A stretch of 64,000 nt of DNA from Candidatus Kerfeldbacteria bacterium (GTDB lineage: Bacteria > Patescibacteriota > Patescibacteriia > UBA9570 > XYC2-FULL-38-9). Position 1 is the first letter of the stretch. The number at the start of each line of letters is the position of its first letter. Position numbers and translations under genes: made by a program. Positions 57,633 through 64,000 of the stretch are shown here, one piece after another. The notes under the pieces are model-generated. The model saw only the letters and a program-made list of their open reading frames with translations, was not told the origin of the DNA and ran no database searches. Location of the stretch: NCBI GenBank assembly GCA_043813585.1, contig JBDRKW010000006.1, positions 15,444 through 79,443 on the forward strand. Reading direction: 5' to 3'.

Positions 57633-58709
57633 CTAGTAAACGTTCAGTCGCGTTGAGCTGACAAAACCAAACTGCTCATTGAAGTCTTTAATGTTATGGA
57701 CACTTACTGCGCGCAATCCGAATGTTTCAGCATTCACGTCGTACATCTCCTGCAGGAAGGCCTGCTGGTCGCCGATATTGGCCCAGCGCGCCGACGTAAG
57801 ATAGACCCACACGGTGTCCAGCGCCTCATCAATTTCATATTCCCCAATCTGGCCAGTTTCTATCAGGTTATCGAAATACACGCGGCCGTCAGCATATTCT
57901 GCCGGTTCCTGTGCTTGTTCTTCCTCTTCCTTCTTTTTCTCGTCTTCTTTCTTTCTGGCTTCTTCTTCTCTAATCCGCTGCTCTTCCGCCAACCGCTCAA
58001 GCTCCGCCTGGCGTTCCTGTTCAGCCAACTCTTCTGCTGACAGTTCGCGATACAGTGTCATGCGCAAAACCGCCGTTCCGTGCACGCCGAACGATGCAAA
58101 AAAATGGTTGTTGACCGCCAAAATATCGATGGGGTTCGTACCTTCCGTCAATTCATAATCGTAGACAAACTCTCCGTTGTCGACCGGAACCTCAAGGTTG
58201 TTGATGTAGATCAATGATTTGGCCGGGCTGACCTTCCCCTTAAACGTCACAAAACGGTCCTGCGCCACAATACCGTCAGCCGGTTCGGTAATCGTGACCG
58301 TCGGCGCCCGGTTGATGACAAAGTGGAACACGCCCAGAGCAAGCACCAACAGCACAATGGCCGTCAATTCTGTCTGGTCGATGCTATCCCGCCATGTCCG
58401 TTTCCAGACAAACCAGATCATCAAAATTGGGATGACGATATACCAAAAATAGAGACCCAGAAAAAGTAGCGGGATTATCCACACCAGTTTCCACAAATCC
58501 TTTTTCTCGAATTTTTTTTTGCCGAAAATCGCCTCGCCTTTCTTAAGCTCCGTATCTGTTTTTACCCCCTCTTCCACTGTGTCTTCCTCCTTCTCCTCTG
58601 TAACATACAAAACGTGCTCTTCAATGGTGTTTGTGAACTCCAAACCGCAATGCCTGCAAACGTTTGCATTGTCGTTATTCGAATATTCACACTGTGGACA
58701 TGTGATCAT
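57633..58709 (-). CDS. Zinc-ribbon membrane protein with Ig-like extracellular domain
   Basis: CPQC..CRHC, TM segments, P.VTITEP..G.V..GTNPI.I.A Ig-like region, charged coiled coil. Confidence 0.78.
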   Translation of the reverse strand: MITCPQCEYSNNDNANVCRHCGLEFTNTIEEHVLYVTEEKEEDTVEEGVKTDTELKKGEAIFGKKKFEKKDLWKLVWIIPLLFLGLYFWYIVIPILMIWFVWKRTWRDSIDQTELTAIVLLVLALGVFHFVINRAPTVTITEPADGIVAQDRFVTFKGKVSPAKSLIYINNLEVPVDNGEFVYDYELTEGTNPIDILAVNNHFFASFGVHGTAVLRMTLYRELSAEELAEQERQAELERLAEEQRIREEEARKKEDEKKKEEEEQAQEPAEYADGRVYFDNLIETGQIGEYEIDEALDTVWVYLTSARWANIGDQQAFLQEMYDVNAETFGLRAVSVHNIKDFNEQFGFVSSTRLNVY

Positions 58710-58822
58710 AAGATGATTATTTCCTCTTTATTGTACTAATAAAACAGTTGATTTGCAACTATGAAAACGCCTCCCGGGAAGGGATGTATTTTACTTTGGC
58801 ACCCGCACGGGGTGAGTTCCGA

Positions 58823-60655
58823 TCATTTCTCGAATTTTGCGCCGCACTGGCTGCAGAAATTCTTGCGGGTCTCCAAATCGCGCCCGCAGCTTGGGCAGTG
58901 ATAAAAGTTATCGATCACCTCAAGGGCAATACTGGTAAACCGTTCAATCCCGGCCATTGCCTGAGGAGCGCCACGATGAATACTACGTTCGGGAAATCCG
59001 ATGTCCTTCTCACCGCTTCTCTTTGATATTTCATTGCTTTCTCTCCAGTTCATAAGCGCTCTGGATGGATCACCGCCCGTATAATAAATAATCTTTGAAG
59101 ACCGCTGCTCTGGGTGCTGACTAAAATATTCTTCCCAATATTCTTTTGAAAATATTGTATCTTCTGCTCTCACATAGTACATATCTTCGTAGGATAAGAT
59201 CTTCTGGATTTCGAAAGCTCTATACGGTTCTGGCTCCGTCACCATACCTGTATCAATATTGTGCCGCACAGCTTTAAGTCCAGATAAATAATTATTGTTA
59301 AGAAGAATATCTTGAATTCGAGGATCTTGTATACCAAACATCTCTATAATTTTGTTTCGAAATTCATCAAGGAATTCGTTATGTTCAACACTTCCAGATT
59401 TTTCATACAGACGCTCGTCAGCATCGAATTGCTCTATAAATGAATGGAGAGAATCTGATTGCAGAAAACTATCTATTGCCTTGATATTGTCTATCTGAAC
59501 TCTAGGTCGCCTTTTTTCGTCCAGTTCATATTGCGAACCATTTCGAGGATCCACCCGTGCGTCTTCAGGGATAAACACCAATGCGGCATTTAGATCTAAT
59601 CCTTCCTGCTCATTGGCCCATACCCACTGATCGTTTCGTTTTGGTATCGTCGCTTCAGTTAGTTGACCGTTAAAATAATATTGCGAAGCGATAAATGCGG
59701 AAGGATATGCAATGAATATTTCATTCTTGGTCTCCGCGCCATAATAATCATCCGACACAGCTTCGGTTGCAAAATGAACGGCCATCGAATCGGAATAATG
59801 TCCCGGCATCAACGGATGAGCCTGTATTGCATCATCATTCATATCCCTAAGGATTTCGAGCGCTTGAGTGCGAGAAAGATAAGGCAGCTTAAGAAAATTT
59901 GCGATTGCAGCAGACTTTTGTTTTTCAACAAGGTGTACACCAAGCGGCGGACGCAACCGACCATCGTCCAGTATATTTTTAAAACCGTCATGAAACTCTC
60001 CTACACCTTTGGTATGGAATGCAAGACTTGAATGATCACGAATTCCCTGCCGTGTCACATGAGTCACCATCTCTCCCGGAAAACGCTTTAGGAGGAGTGC
60101 ATATTCATCGACTGACAAAGAAGCAAGGTGTTCCTCTGAAAAATTTGTAACAATATCTTCTTGAGTAAAAGGACTGTTGGCCCATTTTTCTGCCTCTTCC
60201 TTATAAAAATTGTCTAGAAGTACTTGCTCATCCCGGAAGTGCCTAGGAAGGTTAGCGCTTATCTCTTCAGCTATCGCAGCTGCCTTTACCGAGTCACTTT
60301 TTTGGATCTCTTGAAGTTGCATCCATTCTTTCTCACCTAATTTAAAGTCAGCCTCGAGGGAACGATATTCCAAACAGTTCGATATTTCTTCAACCATGCC
60401 GTCATCCATATCTTCCAGCTGTTCATTCAGCTGGCCAAGCCGTTCCAGTAATTCTTGCATGTATTTTTCCCGCTCGCTCATTTCCTGCTTCAACTCAGCA
60501 TGCTTTGGCTGCAATTCAGCATCATTTTTTTCTTGCTCTAAACGAGCCGCACGCTGTTCCGCGCGCTTTGCTCGAATTTCCTTCGCAAGCTTCTGCCGTT
60601 CTTCAGGCGAGCGCTCCTTAGAAAATTTCCGTAAAAATTGTGGCCGTCTTATCAT
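58823..60655 (-). CDS. Hypothetical protein: N-terminal coiled coil, possible ART-like core, C-terminal zinc ribbon
   Basis: Long low-GC ORF; THVT, ILDDGRL, VHFAT, YG, NDQWVW; C-terminal CPSC..CSQC. Confidence 0.75.
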   Translation of the reverse strand: MIRRPQFLRKFSKERSPEERQKLAKEIRAKRAEQRAARLEQEKNDAELQPKHAELKQEMSEREKYMQELLERLGQLNEQLEDMDDGMVEEISNCLEYRSLEADFKLGEKEWMQLQEIQKSDSVKAAAIAEEISANLPRHFRDEQVLLDNFYKEEAEKWANSPFTQEDIVTNFSEEHLASLSVDEYALLLKRFPGEMVTHVTRQGIRDHSSLAFHTKGVGEFHDGFKNILDDGRLRPPLGVHLVEKQKSAAIANFLKLPYLSRTQALEILRDMNDDAIQAHPLMPGHYSDSMAVHFATEAVSDDYYGAETKNEIFIAYPSAFIASQYYFNGQLTEATIPKRNDQWVWANEQEGLDLNAALVFIPEDARVDPRNGSQYELDEKRRPRVQIDNIKAIDSFLQSDSLHSFIEQFDADERLYEKSGSVEHNEFLDEFRNKIIEMFGIQDPRIQDILLNNNYLSGLKAVRHNIDTGMVTEPEPYRAFEIQKILSYEDMYYVRAEDTIFSKEYWEEYFSQHPEQRSSKIIYYTGGDPSRALMNWRESNEISKRSGEKDIGFPERSIHRGAPQAMAGIERFTSIALEVIDNFYHCPSCGRDLETRKNFCSQCGAKFEK

Positions 60656-60715
60656 AAAAAAACCGTTTACTAGATTTATACTAGCAATAAAGGCCGAGAA
60701 ATAGCAACACTTCAC

Positions 60716-60750
60716 AAAAAAAGCGCGCTCCCAGATGGGAGAGCGCTTTC
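60716..60750 (-). terminator. Terminator downstream of tRNA-Glu
   Basis: AAAGCGC.CTCCCA/TGGGAG.GCGCTTT stem. Confidence 0.75.
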
Positions 60751-60755
60751 TGTAG

Positions 60756-60827
60756 CACCCGCACGGGGAATCGAACCCCGATTACCAGGATGAGAACCTG
60801 GCGTCCTGACCGTTAGACGATGCGGGC
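60756..60827 (-). tRNA. tRNA-Glu(CTC)
   Basis: GCCCGCA..CCAGG-TT-CTC-AT-CCTGG..GGTTCGATTCC..TGCGGGTG cloverleaf. Confidence 0.96.
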
Positions 60828-60879
60828 ATAGTTCAACCGGATCATATGACCCGGTTGAAAATAATAACAGGTTTCAAAT

Positions 60880-61908
60880 TTATTTCAAGTCCTTGCCGAT
60901 CTCGATCACCTGCTCGACCATCCGCTTGGAATAGCCGTATTCATTGTCATACCAGGCAACCACTTTTAACAGATTGCCGGCAACGACATTGGTCATCTGT
61001 AAATCTACTACGCACGACAGCGGGTTGCCGATAATATCAGTGGAAACCAGCGGATCATTGGTCACGCCCAGGATACCTTTGAGGTCTTCTGATTCTGACG
61101 CTTTTGTCAGAGCTTCATTAATCTCTTCGATTGTCGCATCCTTTTTCAGAACCGCGGTAATATCGCTCAGCGAACCGACAGGAACCGGAACGCGTATGGA
61201 GATGCCGTCGAACTTGCCCTGGATCGAAGGTATTGTCAGGCCGGTCGCTTTTGCCGCACCTGTGGTTGTGGGGATAATGTTAATGCCTGCGCTTCGCGCC
61301 CGCCTCGGATCCTTGTGCGAACCATCCACCAGGTTCTGGTCTGCAGTGTACGCATGCACGGTGGTCATCATCGCTTTCTCGATGCCGAATGTCTCTTCCA
61401 AAATCTTCATGATCGGAGCGATGCAGTTCGTGGTGCAGGATGCGTTCGAAATGACTTTTTCTTTGTTCGCGTCGAGATCCTTGTGGTTAACACCCATCAC
61501 ATACGTGCCCACCGGATCGTCGCCTTTTGCCGGCGCTGAAATAATCACGGTCTTTGCGCCTGCCTGGAGATGCATGGATGCCTGCTCCTTGGTGCGGAAC
61601 ACGCCGGTGCATTCCAGCACCACATCGATATCAAGATCCTTCCATGGAAGCTTTGACGGGTCGAGCTCTGTAATCTTCTTGATCTTCACGCCGTCAACGA
61701 CCATATTGTCGCCATCGACCGTGATTTCGCCGGGAAACGAATGGTACACGGAATCGTACTTCAGCTTGAAAGCGGCATCTTCTACCGTGCCCGGATCGTT
61801 AATTGCGACGATATCCAGATCATCCAGGTGCTCACTGAACGCGACGCGGAACACGGACGACCCGATCCTCCCAAAACCATTGATGGCTACTCGTGTTTTT
61901 TTTGCCAT
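60880..61908 (-). CDS. gap: Type I glyceraldehyde-3-phosphate dehydrogenase
   Basis: INGFGRIG, SNASCTTNC, TTGAAKA, WYDNE. Confidence 0.98.
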   Translation of the reverse strand: MAKKTRVAINGFGRIGSSVFRVAFSEHLDDLDIVAINDPGTVEDAAFKLKYDSVYHSFPGEITVDGDNMVVDGVKIKKITELDPSKLPWKDLDIDVVLECTGVFRTKEQASMHLQAGAKTVIISAPAKGDDPVGTYVMGVNHKDLDANKEKVISNASCTTNCIAPIMKILEETFGIEKAMMTTVHAYTADQNLVDGSHKDPRRARSAGINIIPTTTGAAKATGLTIPSIQGKFDGISIRVPVPVGSLSDITAVLKKDATIEEINEALTKASESEDLKGILGVTNDPLVSTDIIGNPLSCVVDLQMTNVVAGNLLKVVAWYDNEYGYSKRMVEQVIEIGKDLK

Positions 61909-61925
61909 ATACTCGGGTTACTTAT

Positions 61926-62420
61926 TTATATGAATGAAAATATCCCTAACGATAACGCAGTAACAATTGTGGCTGCAATTATAACACCGATAAAAATCAG
62001 CGGCAACGCCTTTTTAAACGGAATTCCGAAGAGCCACGCGGCCAGCGATCCGGTCCACGCGCCGGTCACGGGCAGCGGAATGGCGACAAATAAGATAAGC
62101 GCCAGGTCGCCCCAGCGCGCATGCTTCTTATAAAACTTCCGCCGCGTGCGCTCAAACAGCCAGCTGAAGAATTTCTCCATAAGAGCCGAGTGTTTGCGCA
62201 GGAAATCCGACACCGGTTCGATGAACAGCAAAATGAAAAACACGGGGATCATGTTGCCCACAACCGCCAGGAGCGCAACCGTCCACCACGCCATGTCGTA
62301 GCCGCCGATGCCGGCCGGGATCGCGCCGCGCAGTTCAAAAATCGGCAGCATGGCGATCACAATCACCGCCAGTTGTTCTGGGATATTTTGAAATATTTCT
62401 ACGGGGTCAATTCCAAGCAT
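61926..62420 (-). CDS. Small multi-drug export (COG2426) family membrane protein
   Basis: P..ELRGAIP and FVAIPLPVTGAWTG motifs. Confidence 0.9.
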   Translation of the reverse strand: MLGIDPVEIFQNIPEQLAVIVIAMLPIFELRGAIPAGIGGYDMAWWTVALLAVVGNMIPVFFILLFIEPVSDFLRKHSALMEKFFSWLFERTRRKFYKKHARWGDLALILFVAIPLPVTGAWTGSLAAWLFGIPFKKALPLIFIGVIIAATIVTALSLGIFSFI

Positions 62421-63438
62421 AGTGGTCAAATGTCCAGGTGAGTAATTTTTTCATCTCTGCAAAGCGTGATGAATCGGATTCGGTATTGAGCACGACGGCA
62501 ATGACATAGCGGTCCGTGCCCGGCACCTTTGCCTTCACCACCAGGCAATACCCCGCTTCAATTAAATACCCGGTCTTGCCGACCACAACATCAACCGTGT
62601 CGTCAAACAATAACGCGTTCGTTGCTGTTGCAACCACCTGCAGGCCGCCGAGCGTGGAATAGGCATACTCCGGCATGGCCGACGCTTCGGCAATCGTCGG
62701 CTTCGAAAACGCCTCAAGCGCGAGCAGTGCGACATCATGCACGGTCGCGCGGTTGGTCGTGTACAGCCCGGTCTGGTCGCGGAACGTCGTGTTCTGCATG
62801 CCGATCGCCTTCGCCTTGCGGTTCATCTTCTTAACAAACTCCTCGTCCGTGAGGCCGGTGGTATGCGCGAGCGCCAGCGCCGCATCATTATAGGAAGCGA
62901 CCAGCATGGTACGCAGCAGGTCCTGTGCCGTCACCTGCGAACCGTACGGCAGCTGCAGCTCTTTGCCCAGCGTGACATCCTCTTCCGGGGCAAACGTATG
63001 GACATGTTCAAACCCGTCTTCCGGCTTGTTCGAAAGCCATACGAGCGCGGTCATCAGTTTGGTAATGGAAGCAATGGATGCAACATCGTCCGGATTTTTC
63101 TGCCACAATATGTTCTTCGACCCCTGGTCAAGCACAATCGCCGCGCCGGCATTGATCACCGGTCCGCGCGTATAGTCCTTGGGCACGGGCGGCTTCTCCT
63201 GATCCGGAACCTTCTTCTCCAACCGCCACTGGAATTCTTCTTTCTTGGCAGCGTTGTTTGCTTCCGCCTGTTCGGCCTGTTCTGCTTGCTCTGCCAGCTT
63301 CGCCTGTTCCGCGGCGCCCTCTTCAATCCGTTCAATAATCGTCGGTACAATATAAACATCCTGCTGCAGCGCATCCGGCAACGGAATGCCCAGCAGGTAA
63401 GAAATAATCGTTAAACTGAGGATAAAATGGTTAAACAT
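62407..63438 (-). CDS. D-alanyl-D-alanine carboxypeptidase family (peptidase S11)
   Basis: IASITKLMT (SxxK), SYN (SxN), KTGY..EAG.CL. Confidence 0.92.
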   Translation of the reverse strand: MFNHFILSLTIISYLLGIPLPDALQQDVYIVPTIIERIEEGAAEQAKLAEQAEQAEQAEANNAAKKEEFQWRLEKKVPDQEKPPVPKDYTRGPVINAGAAIVLDQGSKNILWQKNPDDVASIASITKLMTALVWLSNKPEDGFEHVHTFAPEEDVTLGKELQLPYGSQVTAQDLLRTMLVASYNDAALALAHTTGLTDEEFVKKMNRKAKAIGMQNTTFRDQTGLYTTNRATVHDVALLALEAFSKPTIAEASAMPEYAYSTLGGLQVVATATNALLFDDTVDVVVGKTGYLIEAGYCLVVKAKVPGTDRYVIAVVLNTESDSSRFAEMKKLLTWTFDHYAWN

Positions 63439-63440
63439 GG

Positions 63441-64000
63441 TTACAGGATGTCCTGGCGCGTTATTTCGATGATTTCGCCCGGTTTCATGGTGCCAATCTT
63501 CACCTTCCCGATACGGACGCGTTTTAACATTGTAACAGAATTCCCGACCGCTTCAACCATCCGGCGGATCTGCCGCTTCCACCCCTGTTTCAGCACAATT
63601 CGGAATTTTTTCCTGCCCAGCCGCTCGACTTCCGCCTTGCCCGTGTTCCCTTCCTGAAGGGAAATGCCTTTAGCGAGCTGTTTCAATTTTTCATCGTGAA
63701 TGACGTCCTGCAGTTCAACATAATATTCCTTTTCATGTTCAAACGACGGATGCGTCAGCTCCTGGATGAGCGAACCGTCATCAGTCAGGATCAGCAGCCC
63801 TTCCGACAATCGGTCCAGGCGGCCGGCGGGCTTCAACCCCTGATACTGTTTTGGCAGCGCATCATGAAGCGTTGCAACCGCATGCGGATCGCTCAGGGTT
63901 GTCGTTACTCCGACCGGCTTGTACCACGCAACTGTGGTCGTCTTGCCGGGCAGCGACACTGCTGTACCGTCAACTTCAACAACATCACTATCTTTCACAT
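63441..64000 (-). CDS. rRNA pseudouridine synthase, RsuA/RluB family (5' end outside the window)
   Basis: YKP.G, GRLD..SEGLL.LT.DG, HPS....KEY, G..RQIRRM. Confidence 0.93.
   Translation of the reverse strand, partial: VKDSDVVEVDGTAVSLPGKTTTVAWYKPVGVTTTLSDPHAVATLHDALPKQYQGLKPAGRLDRLSEGLLILTDDGSLIQELTHPSFEHEKEYYVELQDVIHDEKLKQLAKGISLQEGNTGKAEVERLGRKKFRIVLKQGWKRQIRRMVEAVGNSVTMLKRVRIGKVKIGTMKPGEIIEITRQDIL

Larger units (their letters stand above)
58799..60768. mobile_element. Integrase-less genomic islet at the tRNA-Glu 3' end
   Basis: 14-bp direct repeat GCACCCGCACGGGG at 58799-58812 and at 60755-60768 flanking one low-GC gene. Confidence 0.75.

Noticed and set aside
1-64000. CRISPR array, integrase, transposase, prophage genes or stop-codon reassignment
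   Set aside because: No regularly spaced repeats or mobility genes were seen; conserved genes are full length under code 11 and TGA is used as a stop

Overview
Bacterial chromosomal segment in the standard genetic code. It is most consistent with a Patescibacteria/CPR (Parcubacteria-like) genome, an inference from gene content: compact AT-rich intergenic regions, core genes without Shine-Dalgarno motifs, a truncated TsaB, a stand-alone VirD4-like ATPase and a stand-alone cyanophycin-synthetase-like ATP-grasp protein. Housekeeping blocks are mraZ-rsmH-ftsL-ftsI, sufCBDSU, hrcA-grpE-dnaK-dnaJ with a perfect CIRCE element, dnaX, cysS, pepA, gap, truB, tRNA-Gln(CTG) and tRNA-Glu(CTC). The most notable accessory items are: (1) a cobalamin riboswitch with a terminator controlling two exported transcobalamin-like (DUF4430) proteins, with no transporter in the operon and a PduO-type adenosyltransferase nearby; (2) an integrase-free, single-gene, low-GC islet at tRNA-Glu encoding a possible ADP-ribosyltransferase-fold protein; (3) a 183-bp palindromic mini-element at tRNA-Gln; (4) a class of self-contained, SD-led, extreme-GC3 genes scattered among SD-less core genes; (5) two small genes missed by the ORF track. 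All calls are from reading motifs by eye. No database searches were run.
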